Assembly (NCBI GenBank): GCA_951406725.2
Contig: OX597817.1
Coordinates: 146,382,001-146,446,000, forward strand
Direction: 5' to 3'
Length of the DNA: 64,000 nt
Source: Octopus vulgaris
Taxonomy: Eukaryota
Shown: positions 13,850-26,399 of the stretch, one piece after another
Position numbering within the stretch: the stretch's first letter is position 1
Layout of the letters: each line of letters begins with the position of its first letter
The notes under the pieces: generated by a model
Seen by the model: the letters and a program-made list of their open reading frames with translations, nothing else
Told to the model about the DNA's origin: nothing
Database searches by the model: none
Translations under genes and position numbers: made by a program

Positions 13850-14513
13850 ATATTTGTGTGTGTGTGTGTGTGCCTGTGTTTGTCCCCCTCCCCACCATTG
13901 CTTGACAAACGATGCTGGTATGTTTATGTCCCCCATAACTTAGTGGTTCAGCAAAAGAGACCAATAGAATAAGTATTAGCCTAACAAAGAATAATTTCTT
14001 TGACTAACACCCTTTAAAGTGGTGCTCCAGCATGGCCACAGTCAAATGACTGACACAAGTAAAAGAATAAAAGAATAAAGCAAAGATAGATAGATATTTG
14101 TATATACTCTCTTTTACTTGTTTCAGTCATTTGACTGTGGCCATGCTGGAGCACTGCTTTTAGTCAAGCAAATCGACCCCAGGATTTATACTTTGGAAGC
14201 CTAGTACTTATTCTATCAGTCTCTTTTGCTGAACTGCTAAGTTATGGGGATGTAAACACACCACCATCGGTTGTCAAGCGATGTTATGGGGACAAACACA
14301 GACACACACACATACATATATATACATATACATATATACGACAGGCTTCTTTCAGTTTCCGTCTACCAGATTCACTCACAAGGCTTTGGTCAGCCTGAGG
14401 CTATAGTAGAAGACACTTGCCCAAGGTGCCAAGCAGTGGGACTGAACCCGGAACCATGTGGTTGGTAAGTAAGCTACTTACCACAGAGCCACTCCTGCGC
14501 CGTTCATCTCCTT

Positions 14514-14550
<37 letters not shown>

Positions 14551-14908
14551 CTTTATACTGACTTTAAGGGGCTTGCAAAAGGCCTAGTTGGAGGACCAAC
14601 CTTCCAAGTGGTTTTACAGGCCTTAGAAGAACTGAAGGACCGCTACAATAAGTGTGTGGATCTGATGGGGAATATGTTGAATAAATTTATAATCAACTGA
14701 TCCTCTTGTATTTTCTTTTACCCCAAGCCAGCAACTGTCCAGCCCCACCTCCTCGTATGTGTGTGTGTATGTGTGTGCACCTTTGTGTCTGTGACTGTCT
14801 CCCCACCACTTGACAAGAGGTATTTGCTTGCTTACTTCCCTGTTCAGCAAAAGATATTGATATAATGTATACCAGACTTGAAAAAAAAATATGTACTGGG
14901 GTCAATTT

Positions 14909-15193
14909 ATTTACATTCGACGGATATTTGTCCTCATCTTGTTTGTTGTTAACATGTTTCGGCTGATATACCCTCCAGCCTTCATCAGGTGTCTTGGGGA
15001 AATTTCGAAACTGGGTTCTCATTTCTAGGGTATTTTTTTATGTTATTATTGTTGTTGTTGTTGTTCAGGTCACTGCTTGGAATTGAACTCGGAATCTTGG
15101 GGTTAGTAGCCCGCACTCTTAACCACTACGCCATATGCCTGTGGGCATAATAATGTAACTAATGTACATAATTCCTCATCTCTTAAATATAGA
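14909..15193 (-). mobile_element. Composite non-autonomous retroelement: tRNA-like head plus Penelope-type tail with hammerhead core
   Basis: Flanked by the 14-bp direct repeat actggggtcaattt (14895-14908, 15194-15207) inside a family-A SINE. Minus strand carries A-box TGGCGTAGTGG and B-box GAGTTCAATTC (about 15064-15140), then CTGATGA-stem-GAAA. Confidence 0.7.
14953..14993 (-). ncRNA. Minimal (type I-like) hammerhead ribozyme core, probably degenerate in this copy
   Basis: Minus strand reads acac CUGAUGA a GGCUG gagggUaUaU CAGCC GAAA caugu: both conserved boxes flank a 5-bp stem II. Stem III / stem I partner after GAAAC is imperfect. Confidence 0.6.
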
Positions 15194-15608
15194 ACTGGGG
15201 TCAATTTGTTTAGCTAAAACCCTTTAGTGACTGAAACAAGTAAAAGATGAAAGAAAAGGTAAAACTGAAAGACAATGTCAAAATCTAGTTTCTCAGAACA
15301 CTCCTAGAATTCTTTAAGTTCTTCACAAATTATCTGCATTTTGCAACCTTTGTTGGATGTTTTCATTTAATGTATTGACTTTCACCACTCCTGTTTTGAT
15401 AATAGTCAAAAATTTTCCTTAAATTGTAAATATGCTATGGGATAGGTTATATGTAGGTTATGTAAAGGTTGTGTGGGTAGGAAGCTTACTTTGCTCTGAG
15501 ATTGATCTCATTGTACAACCCTCTTGAGCATGTGTCTTCTAGTTTATCCTCTGGTTTGTAAAGCTTGTGAATGAAATATTTGTTGGGGGAAACTCTGCAA
15601 AACTCCTT

Positions 15609-15680
<72 letters not shown>

Positions 15681-15683
15681 TGC

Positions 15684-15730
<47 letters not shown>

Positions 15731-15903
15731 TGTATGCATGTATATATATATGCATGTGTCATCATCATCATCATCATCATCATTTAGCGTCCGTTTTCCA
15801 TGCTAGCATGGGTTGGACGGTTCAACTGGGGTCTGGGGAGCCCGAAGGCTGCACCAGGCCAGTCAGATCTGGCAGTGTTTCTACAGCTGGATGCCCTTCC
15901 TAA

Positions 15904-15943
<40 letters not shown>

Positions 15944-15946
<3 letters not shown>

Positions 15947-16192
15947 AAGAAAAGCAAAAAGGGACAAGAACGCAAAACATCCAGGTAGACGATACAAAAA
16001 ACACTGACGGGTCATTTGAAGCCTTTAATCTTCCGTCAAGAACCAGATCATCCTCACAATTTCGGCTGATTAATCTTGAAGAGGAGGATCTGGTTCTTGA
16101 CTGAAGATTAAAAGCTTCAAATGACCTATCCATGTTTTTTGTATCACCTATTTGGATGCTGTGCTTTCTTGTCCCATTTTGTATTTCTTATA
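15944..16192. repeat. About 250-bp imperfect palindrome, Penelope-like inverted terminal fragment
   Basis: Arms ggtcatttgaagcctttaatcttccgtcaagaaccagatc / gatctggttcttgactgaagattaaaagcttcaaatgacc extend outward to tataaga/tcttata. The loop contains tttcggctgat (minus CAGCC-GAAA), as in the element at 14957-14966. Confidence 0.75.
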
Positions 16193-16265
16193 TATATATA
16201 TAGCGGTGTACGTACACTTTGTTCTCTTATATGTATGTCTATATATATATATGTATATATATATG

Positions 16266-16373
<108 letters not shown>

Positions 16374-16584
16374 TTACTTTTTTTTTTACTTGTTTCAGTC
16401 ATTTGACTACAGCCATGCTGGAGCACCACCTTTAGGTGAGTAAATCAACCCCAGAGCTTTTTCTTTGTAAACCTAGTACTTATTCTATTGTTCTCTTTTG
16501 CCGAACCGTTAATTTACGGGGATGTAAACACACCAGCGATTTTGGGGGGACAAACATAGACATACAAACATATACACACATATA

Positions 16585-17575
16585 CATCATCATCATCATC
16601 ATCATCATTTAGCGTCCGTTCTCCATGCTAGCATGGGTTGGACGGTTCAACTGGGGTCTGTGAAGCTGGAAGGCTTCATCAGGCCCAGTCAGATCTGGCA
16701 GTGTTTCTACGGCTGGATGCCCTTCCTAACGCCAACCACTCCGTGAGTGTAGTGGGTGCTTTTTACGTGCCACCCGCACAGATGCCAGACAGAGCTGGCA
16801 AACGGCCATGAACGGATGGTGCTTTTACGTGTCACCGGCACGGGGCCAGGCGAGGCTGGCAATGGACACGAACGGATGGTGCTTTTACGTGCCACCAACA
16901 CGGGGGCCAGACAGAGCTGGCAAACAGCCACGAAACGGATGGTGCTTTTACGTGTCACCGGCACGGGGGCCAGGCGAGGCTGGCAATGGACACGAACGGA
17001 TGGTGCTTTTACATGCCACCGACACGGGGGCCAGACAGGGCTGGCAAACGGCCACGAACGGATGGTGCTTTTACGTGTCACCGGCACAGGGGCCAGGCGA
17101 GGCTGGCAACGGACATGAACGGATGGTGCTTTTACATGTCACCGACACGGGGGCCAGACAGGGCTGGCAAACGGCCACGAACGGATGGTGCTTTTACATG
17201 TCACCGACATGGGGGCCAGACAGGGCTGGCAAACGGCCATGAACGGATGGTGCTTTTACGTGTCACCGGCACGGGGGCCAGACAGAGCTGGCAAACGGCC
17301 ACAAACGGATGGTGCTTTTACGTGTCACCGGCACGGGGGCCAGGTCAGGCTGGCAACGAACACAAACGGCTGGTGCTTTTACGTGCCACCGACACGGGGG
17401 CCAGACAGGGCTGGCAAACGGCTACGAACGGATGGTGCTTTTACGTGTCACCTGCACGGGGGCCCTGATGTTGATCGACCTCAATTTGGTTTGATTTTGA
17501 TTTTGACTGTTCTCACTGGTCTTGCCGGGTTTTCTCACGCACAGCATACTTCCAAAGGTCTCGGTCACCGGTCAC
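16585..17575 (-). mobile_element. RTE-type LINE 3' UTR with (GAT)n tail and an internal array of about 12 x 61-bp tandem units
   Basis: Begins (ATC)n...ttagcgtccg...ctggatgcccttcctaacgccaaccac; the unit ggtgcttttacgtgtcaccggcacgggggccag... is repeated over 16755-17460. Shorter copies of this tail occur throughout the window (e.g. 8360-8745, 12078-12355, 18960-19330, 23160-23610, 43440-43840). Confidence 0.85.
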
Positions 17576-17576
17576 A

Positions 17577-17615
<39 letters not shown>

Positions 17616-19867
17616 TACAATGAGCTTCTTCCAGTTTCCATCTTCCAAATCCACTCACAAGGCTTTGGCTGTCCTGAGGCTTGCCCAAACAGGCAGTTTG
17701 AAATTATCTTTTAGGGGTAGTTTAAGAATTGAAAAATTCAGAATAGCAAAGTCAATTGTGGCTGCTGCTTTTAATTGAAGAGGCAGGTTACATCCATTTT
17801 AAATTCTTCCAAGAAAGTGAGATATGACCAACAAGCTGAAGCTATTGAAGTTTATTCCCAATTAAAGTAGCATTAGCTTTGTTGTCAGTGGAGATGACAG
17901 AAGCTCAGAACAGAATCACATCACATGTTCAATTACCTGATTCGTCTATTTTTATTATTTATTTTCACTTAGGTACAATAGCATTATAAATAAATTGAAC
18001 TAAATTTTAAGAATATGTATGTATATATTGTTTTCTTTTTTATTTTCTCTTGTTTCAGTCATTAGACTGTGGCCATGCTGTGGTACCACATTGAGGAATT
18101 TTAGCCAAATGAATTGACCCCAATATATTTTTCTTTAACCCTCGTACTTATTCTATTAACCATTTTTTTGCCAAACTGCTCAGTTACAGAAGTGTAAACA
18201 AACCAACACCAGTTGTCAAGTTGTTTTGTTTTTGTTTATTCCTTCATGAGCCACGCCTGGCTCATGAGGGCCGGTTTTCCCGGTTTCCTTGGTATATCGG
18301 TTCCCCACCTGGACGGGACGCCAGTCCGTCGCAGGTGAGCTGCAAGGTGCAGGAGGAAAGGGTGAGAGAAAGATGTGGCGAAAGAGTCAGCAGAAGTTCG
18401 CCATTACCTTCTGCCAGAGCTGTGTGGAGCTTAGGTATTTCGCTCATAAACACACACATCACCCAGTCTGAGATTTGAACCTGCAATCCCTCGACCGTGA
18501 GTCCGCTGCTCTAACCACTAGGCCATGTGCCTCCACAGTTGTCAAGTGATAGTGGAGAACAAATACTGACAGACACACACACACATAATGTGGGAGTAAT
18601 AGGGATAAGATTACCCAGGCAGGTACTGTGGTAGCTCTCAGGTATATTCCAGGTTACAGCTAAGTCGTACCAAGCATAATTATAAGCAATCTTGTCGTAA
18701 TTCTTCTGATGAGTAACTCCAGGTTTGCTTTCCTGGATTATAAATATTATACCCACGGAGTGGTTGATGTCAGGAAGGACATCCAGCCATAGAAACTAGG
18801 CCAAATCAGACTAGATTCTGGTGCGGCCCCTCAGCTTACCAATCCTGGTCAAACTGTCCAACCTATGCCAGTATGGACAACTGTTGTTAAATGATGATGA
18901 TTTCATTAGGCCCCTTTTCTTTGAAACTGAGCTAATTTCTGAAAGCAACCAGGACCAGGCTATTTCCATTGGCATGTAAAAAGCACCATTCAAGTGTGAT
19001 TGTTACCTGCGCCGCCTTACTGGCACGTGAAAAAACATTTCAGCAAGGTCATTGCCAGTGCTGCTGGACTGGCTTCTGTGCAGGTGGCACACAAAAAGCA
19101 CCATTCAAGCGTGGCCGTTGCCAGTACCGTCTGACTGGCCCTCGTGACAGTGGCACATAAAAGCACCCAGTACACTCTCAGAGTGGTTGGCATTAGGAAG
19201 GGTATCCAGCTGTAGAAACTCTGCCAGATCAGATTGGAGCCTGGTGCAGCCATCTGGTTCACCAGACCTCAGTCAAATCGTCCAACCCATGCTAGCATGG
19301 AATGCGGACGTTAAACGATAATGATGATGATGATGGTGTAATTTACAGAGGTGCTTCATGGCCTGGATATTTTGCACAAATTTAGAGTTAAGATGGATGT
19401 TTTACTTCAAAGAGATGAGTGAATTGTAAGGTACAAAGCCCACCTTTTGCATCATGCTATTTTCTGGACTTCCCTTAACTTGATTGAATCAGTGGAGCTT
19501 CTTTGCCTTAGCAAATCTTTGTTGGTATTTTGGATATGAATTCTCAGTTACTATCAAGTTGTTTCTAAGTAATTTGGGGGAATTTCTTGATGCCATATCA
19601 GTTTTGATCATGATCCACCATAAAGAGACTCTATGGATAGCTAGGGCCAGCTATGTTGTTTGTAATGGTGATGAAATTTAGCTTCATATTTGTTCCCTCA
19701 TCGATCTGATCAGACACCTTTGGTCTTTGGCTCATTATTTACTTCTATGATCAGGATAGTATAGGCATGCACATATATTTCCCCTAGTCTGCCCTATTAA
19801 CTGTAGCAAAATGGATATATTCACATTGTCAAATAATACCTCTCTCAAATATCATTCAACAAATTGT

Positions 19868-20440
19868 TATCATCATCATCCTGGTCAGGTGTCGCACTAT
19901 GCGATGCTGTGGTGATCACGATGTCTTACCACCTTCTCCTGTCCTCTACCCAATGGATAGCTGAGAATAAAGACAATCCTGTGGCTGCGATGTCTTTCAG
20001 CCAAGAAGTTGTTGGTCTGCCTCTTTTACGTCTGCCGTTCACCTTGCCAGTTATGATCGTTCGCTCAAGTCCATCCCAGCGCATGATGTGGCCAAAGAAC
20101 CGTAGCTTCCACTTCATGATGTTTCGCCGAAGCGTCATCTCGCAACCGAGCTTTTCTAGTACCCAGTTGTTTGTCCTTCTCTCCGTCCACGACAAGCTAA
20201 GGATTCCACGGTAACACTACATTTCAAAAGCACTCCCTCTTTTCTCGTCTGCCTTCAACATTGTCCACGAATCGCAGCCATACGTTGCAATAGAGAAAGC
20301 GGCAACCCGAAGTAGCCTTATCTTCAGCAGCATTGACACACAACAACTCTTCCAGATGTTCTCCATATCTTGTACCGTTATATCTAATCTCAAAAACTCA
20401 CCATCACAGATTGGCCTCTCTTTCAGGATTTGAAGCAATT
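19868..20440 (-). mobile_element. 5'-truncated RTE-clade LINE
   Basis: KIRLLRVAAFSIATYGCDSWTMLKADEKR..AFEM / SWTERRTNNWVLEKLG...KLRFFGHIMRWDGLERTIITGKVNGRRKRGRPTTSWLKDI...EDRRRW. Confidence 0.92.
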
Positions 20441-21212
20441 CCTAATGAAAAGATGATGATCATCATCAACGTTTAACGTCCGCTTTCCATGCTAGCATGG
20501 GTTGGACGATTTTGACTGAGGGCTGGTGAACCAGATGGCTGCACAAGGCTCCAGTCTTGATTTAGCAGAGTTTCTACAACTGGATGCCCTTCCTAATGCC
20601 AAACCCTTCCTAACAATCATTTGATGAAATTTTCAGTCTAGCCATAGTGCCTAACAACTGTCAATGAGTTTTAGAAATACTCATGAGAGAAGTAGAGAGT
20701 GCCAAAGCTGTCGAGTGACAAAGTGATATTTTAACCAACATTTACACCACCCCTTTCAAACTTGTGCATCAAACAAGCCCTAATATTTGTCTACCTGCTT
20801 TGTGAATTGGTTGTTCTAGACTTAAAGAAGGCTGCTCTACTGGTCTGAACATTGGCTGTATACTGCTGCATCATGGGCTGACTCTTCATGGCTGTGATGA
20901 AGTTATCTTGTAGCATCTGGAACCAATAGCCATAGAGATCTGTTGGAGTCAGGGTGGGAGAAGCAGGACCTAATGGAGAGGGTCACAAGATCTGTGGGCC
21001 TAGCAGTTTCTCTGAAACCCTCCATCATGTCATCTGACCACAACATCAAGGTTTTCAACAGTCTTGCATGATTGTTGCAACCCCTGAGGCCATGGACAAA
21101 TTGTATGTTCTGCAGCAGTCAGTAGATGACATTATGCACTACTTGTCTGCTTGTAGAATCTATGTTTGGAGTAGCAGCAAACCCAATAGCTGCCTTGAAA
21201 CTATTGCTGTGG

Positions 21213-21243
<31 letters not shown>

Positions 21244-21289
21244 CAGCGAAGCGGTCTTCGTCCCAGTGGGAGAAGTCCAAAATGTGGTC

Positions 21290-21598
21290 CTTTGCTATTT
21301 GTAAGACCCACAGAAGAGAAAGCAGGTCAACCCCCGACACCGAGAGCATCGATGGATGGTTGAATGCGCATCCAGGCTCAGTGGTTGCATAGGAAGTCAG
21401 GGACAAGAAACAGGAAGAAAGAGTGAGAGAAAGTTGGGGCGAAAAAGTACAACAGGGGTCGCCACCACCCCCTGCCGGAGCCTGGTGGAGCTTTAGGTGT
21501 TTTCGCTCAATAAACACACACAATGCCCAGTCTGGGAATTGAAACCGCGATCCTCTGACCGTGAGTCCTCTGCCCTAACCACTGAGCCATTGCGCTTC
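21290..21598 (-). mobile_element. tRNA-headed SINE, family C
   Basis: Minus head GCGCAATGGCTCAGTGGTTAGGGC...GGTTTCAATTCCC (A and B boxes). Related copies at 18240-18536, 47320-47606, 56172-56410. Confidence 0.8.
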
Positions 21599-21924
21599 CT
21601 GCTGTTGGTGTTGTACTCACCTACTGATTTATGCATGCCCTGGAGTATCCCAGTAAGTAGATTGGAGGTTTTGGCTTGCCATAGAAATGTATCTTTTTTG
21701 TATCCTTTTCTTTTACTTGTTTCCGTCATTTGACTGTGGCCATGCTGGAGTACCACCTTTAGTCGAGCAAATCGACACCGGTACTTATTCTTTGTAAGCC
21801 TAGTACTTATCCTATCAGTCTCCTTTGCCGAACCACTAAGTTACGGGGACGTAAACACAACAGTATCGGTTGTCAAGCGATGTTGGGGGGACAAACACAG
21901 ACACACAAACATAGACACACACAT

Positions 21925-21975
<51 letters not shown>

Positions 21976-22311
21976 TATACATATATACGACGGGCTTCTT
22001 TCAATTTCCGTCTACCATATCCACTCACAAGGCTTTGGTGGGCCCGAGGCTATAGTAGAAGACACTTGACCAAGGTGCCACGCAGTGGGACTGAACCCAG
22101 AACCATGTGGTTGGTAAGTAAGCTACTTACCACACAGCCACTCCTGTGCCTTTCTATAAGTATTTCCATAGTCATTGCTTTGATGAACTTCCTAGTCTAG
22201 TACCCCTTCCCAAGACTTTTAAACATGTCACCCACTTCTCTTCCCAGACACATCCTTTTTCTAGCGAGTTCCCAGTTCCCATTAGTCAAAAGTCTTTCTA
22301 TTCTAATAGTT

Positions 22312-22715
22312 TCTTATTTCTTTATTGCCTACAAGGCGCTAAATATAGAGTGAACAAACAAGGACAGACAAAGGGATTAAGTTGATTACATCGACCCCAG
22401 TGTGTAACTGGTACTTAATTTATCAACCCCGAAAGGATGAAAGGCAAAGTCGACCTCGGCAGAATTTGAACTCAGAATGTAACAGCAGACGAAATACCTA
22501 TTTCTTTACTACCCACAAGGCGCTAAACATAGAGGGGACAAACGGATTAAGTTGATTACATCGACGCCAGTGCGTAACTGGTACTTAATTTATCGACCCC
22601 GAAAGGATGAAAGGCAAAGTCGACCTCGGCGGAATTTGAACTCAGAACATAACAGCAGACGAAATACCGCTAAGCATTTTGCCTGGCCTGCTAACGTTTC
22701 TGCCAGCTTGCCACC
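22312..22715 (-). mobile_element. Family B SINE, tandem dimer
   Basis: Same head and core as 773-1190; flanked by a repeated ttctattctaatag-like target duplication (about 22296-22309 and 22719-22732). Confidence 0.85.
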
Positions 22716-24631
22716 TTTTTCTATTCTAATAGCTTCTTTGCTCAAACAGCTACTCTCTAGAACTCACTACTACTGTCTTGTTTTCCCTTGGATGTATGGT
22801 ATTCAGTCCTTGAAGTTTTATGTCAATTGACATCTTTTGAATTTGTACACCTTTCTCTTCCTTCTTAATGGTCCCTTTATGAGTCTCAAGCTTTGTTTAG
22901 CACAAAATAATATCAAAGAAACAAAAAAAGGCTTGCCCATTTGACACACCCAGTTTGCCAATTCATGGTTTGTATCATAAACGTAGAATTTGTTGAAATG
23001 TGGTTCTTGACCAGTTCCACTTGACAGCAATGAATCTGTTTGGTCACTTCTTTTACATCTTTAACCCTTTAGGGTTTAAACCAGCCATATCAGACCAACA
23101 TGTTCTTCCCGTTTTATGTTCAAGCTGACCAGATCCAACCTCTCACACCTATCCTACAATCATCATCATCATCATTATCATCATTTAACGTCCGCTTTCC
23201 ATGCTAGCATGGGTTGGATGATTTGACTGAGGACTGGTGAACCAGATGGCTGCACCAGGCTCCAAACTTGATTGGGCAGAGATTCTACAGCTGGATGCCC
23301 TTCCTAATGCCAACCACTCCGGGAGTGTAGTGGGTGCCTTTACGTGCCACCGGCATGAGGGCCAGTCTGGCGGTACTGGCAACGGCCACACTCAAAATGG
23401 TGTTTTTTAAGTGCCGCCTGCACAGGAGTCAGTCTGGCAGCACTGGCAACAACCTCGCTCGAATGTTTTGTTCACATGTCACCAGCACATGTGCCAGTAA
23501 GGCGACACTGGTAACGATCACGCTCAAATGGTGCTTTTTACGTGCCACCGGCACAGAAGCCAGACAGCTGCTCTGGCAGTGATCCTACTCGGATGGAGCT
23601 GTTAGCACTCCAAACAATCACATCATTGAAATCTCAGAGCTATGAGATAATGTATGATTAACTAAAATCAGTGTGAATAAATAAGCAATACATTTAACTC
23701 AATAGGCGTCATTCATTGGTTGAAATTGCAGAAATTGAAGAAAAAACACAACAAATATCTTACAAACTATAGAATTTTCTCAATAAAGCCAAGAGAAAAA
23801 GTTGTTTTATAAACACATTCTACCAGTATACGAAGTTTAAAATTTTTTAGTTACCTAGAAATTATGTTAAAAACTGCCATTCAAACCGAAAAGATCCGAA
23901 ACCAATGTTATGTCCATTTATATCAAGCCATTCAATACTAAGGAAACCACTGGGGTTGATAAGATTAACCAAAACCCTTGAATGACTGCAGTTGCTCAAT
24001 GATTGAAACTAGCAACAGAAGACTGACTGACATGGAGTTATTTAACATCTTTTAACCTCTGTTTTTCCATGTTTGCATGGATCAGTCGGAATCTGTTGAA
24101 GCAGTTTTTCTAAGGCCTGATGGCCTTCACGTCACCAACCCTTACTTGTTTCCAAGCAATGTAATATTTCCCTGTGTTCTGGCAAGCATCTTCCATGCTA
24201 GCATGGGTTGGACGGTTCGACCGGGGTCTGGGAAGCCAGGAGGCTGCATCAGGCTCCGTCTGATCTGGCAATGTCTCTACAGCTGGATGCCCTTCCTAAC
24301 GCCAACCACTCTGTGAGTGTAGTGGGTACTTTTTACGTTCCACCTGCACAGGGGCCAGAGGAGGCTAGCAACAGCCACGATTGGTTGGTGCTTTTTACAT
24401 GCCACCGGCATGGACGCCCATCAAGGCGGCACTGGTATCGGCCACGTTCGGATGGTGCTTTTTACGTGCCACTGGCTCAAGGGTACATATGCATGCACAT
24501 GCACACACACATACACTCAAACTCTCTTTCTCACACACACACACACACTTATACACACACATGTATGTAATCCTCAAGCTTGTTTCCATTTCTGTCAAAT
24601 CCACTTACAAAGTTCTGGCAAGCATCTTCTA

Positions 24632-24869
24632 CAGGGTGTTCAAAAAGTTTCTCCGCAGTGAATTTTTTCATCCTGCGCATCACCATGGTGCTACTTCAAG
24701 AGTTTTTCAGTGAACGGATTATTTCAAAGGGGCTTTGGCCACCAAGATCACCTGATTTAACACCGCCAGACTTTTCTTCTTCTTCTGGGGAGCAACTAAA
24801 GGATCAGTGTACAAGAATCACCCAAAACCCATTAAATACTTACTGTGGAGATACTTTTTGAACATCCTG
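24632..24869 (+). mobile_element. Internally deleted Tc1/mariner element (238 bp)
   Basis: TA-cagggtgttcaaaaagtttctccgcagt ... actgtggagatactttttgaacatcctg-TA TIRs; retains the transposase motif WPPRSPDLTPPDF. Inserted in a family-A SINE. Confidence 0.92.
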
Positions 24870-25304
24870 TACTGTAATCCAGGCCTATAAGAAAAGACAC
24901 ATGACCAGTGTGCTGTGAAGTGGGAGTGAACCCAAGACCACATGGTTGGGAAGCAAGCTTCTCCCCCACACAGCCACACCTGCACCGTACTTAAAAATGT
25001 CAACATCAACCCCATCGACATGCTGTCTTGTCACTTTTCTACTGTTACTGTAATGGCTTCCACTCCTTAAAGCAAGGTTTGGTGCATACCACTCAACACT
25101 TAAGCCCACCTGACATACTTCTCTCTCCTTTTCCGGCCATCCATGCTGTGTATCCTTACCCCCCAGGCCTACAATTAACCTAATTCTTACTTCCCCAACC
25201 GTTGTCCCACTGGAACTTCCTCCTCGCCTATACACCTCCAATTCCCCATCTGCGATCTTAGACGGACAGCTGTTCAAGATAAACAACGACAGCATCAAAC
25301 TCAC

Positions 25305-25332
25305 CAGTTTTTGGAAGGCATGCGAATTTCAT
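25305..25332 (-). CDS. Candidate first coding exon or uORF of a leftward-transcribed gene (MKFACLPKT, phase 1)
   Basis: Minus ATG at 25332, followed after 28 nt by the consensus donor CTG|GTGAGT (25304-25299), at the edge of a CpG-rich island. No downstream exon securely identified. Confidence 0.4.
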
Positions 25333-25363
25333 GAGTGTAAACGCCTTCCTCCTATGTAAACAG

Positions 25364-25649
25364 GGTACTACTTGAGAACAGTGGTCCCGGTGCGCGCTCT
25401 CGCGTACTCGCGTATCCGTGCAAGCTAGTCATGACTAGTCGATCCTTACTTTGTGTTTTTGTGTTATTTACTTTGTTTAAAAAATTATTTACTTTGTGTT
25501 TTATTTACTTTGTTTAACAAAAATTATTTATTTTGTGTTTTATTTACTTTGCTAGGCAGTCGTTGTAGGATCGACTACTTACGACTAGCTAGCGCGGATG
25601 CGCGACTACGCGTGTGCGCGCACCGGGTCCACTGTTCGCTAGTAGTACC
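25364..25649. mobile_element. MITE with about 83-bp GC-rich imperfect TIRs, Merlin-like termini
   Basis: ggtactacttgagaacagtggtcccggtgcgcgc...gtcgatcct vs aggatcgac...gcgcgcaccgggtccactgttcgctagtagtacc. Termini GGTAC fit GGNRM; flanking 9-mers tgtaaacag/tctgagcag match at 6 of 9. The interior is an AT-rich ~33-bp tandem repeat. Confidence 0.8.
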
Positions 25650-26399
25650 TCTGAGCAGTTATGCGCGCGCGCGCGCATGTGATGAGAAGGACAACGAGAA
25701 CGCACGTGAAAAAGGAAAACAACGAAGTTTCATCTTCCGAGTTGTCAAAGTATAGATGTGCATTACATACATGTGTGTGCGTGTGTAGAGAGAGAGAGAG
25801 AGAAAGAGAGAGATCCATTTATATATACATACACATACATACGATGCATGTGTGTTATTACTACTGTTAGAGACAAAATAATAAGATAACTAGAAAGTAT
25901 TTTACCTAAATGAAAACATATAAACAGAGAAATATATATAAAGCGAGAGGCAAGAGAACACATGAGCGAGAGAGGGGAAGAGAAAGATCAAGAGAGAGAG
26001 AGTCAGGCTCAAAGTATTTGCATTCATTCATTCATACAGCCAACATACACAATCGTTTGCCTCTTTTTCTTTTTTTTTTCTTCTTTCTTTGCACACACGC
26101 ACGTCTCCACGCACTGCGAGACTCCTTCACAGGGAAAGACGCACACACGCACACAGCTGTAGAGCAATTTTCATTCGTGTTGATGCTTCGTTCATTCATT
26201 CATTCATTCGTTGCCAGCTGTTCAATGAATGAGAGAGAAAAACACACTGACTCGGGGAGCACAGGGTTGATCAATTCCTTTTCAGTGCAGACATGTAGCA
26301 GACATGTCGTAAACATGCAATGTAGCCATAGGAAACGAACCACCCAACCGGCTTGCAACTAAAAGATCATCGATCTATTGATGGTGACTCTCTATTATT

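Noticed and set aside
15064-15140. tRNA gene (also SINE heads at about 21530-21598, 47530-47606, 53850-53920)
   Set aside because: A and B boxes are present but there is no proper acceptor stem; they are heads of repeated SINEs.
16755-17460. CRISPR-like regular array
   Set aside because: Units are near-identical along their whole length with no unique spacers, sit in a LINE 3' UTR in eukaryotic DNA, and have no cas genes nearby.
20790-20920. Minus-strand exon MLQDNFITAMKSQ...
   Set aside because: Weak donor and acceptor; the surrounding sequence looks like decayed transposon.
22740-23050. pogo/Tigger HTH relic (HELANWVCQMGKP...)
   Set aside because: Similarity is too faint and no TIR or DDE motif could be confirmed.
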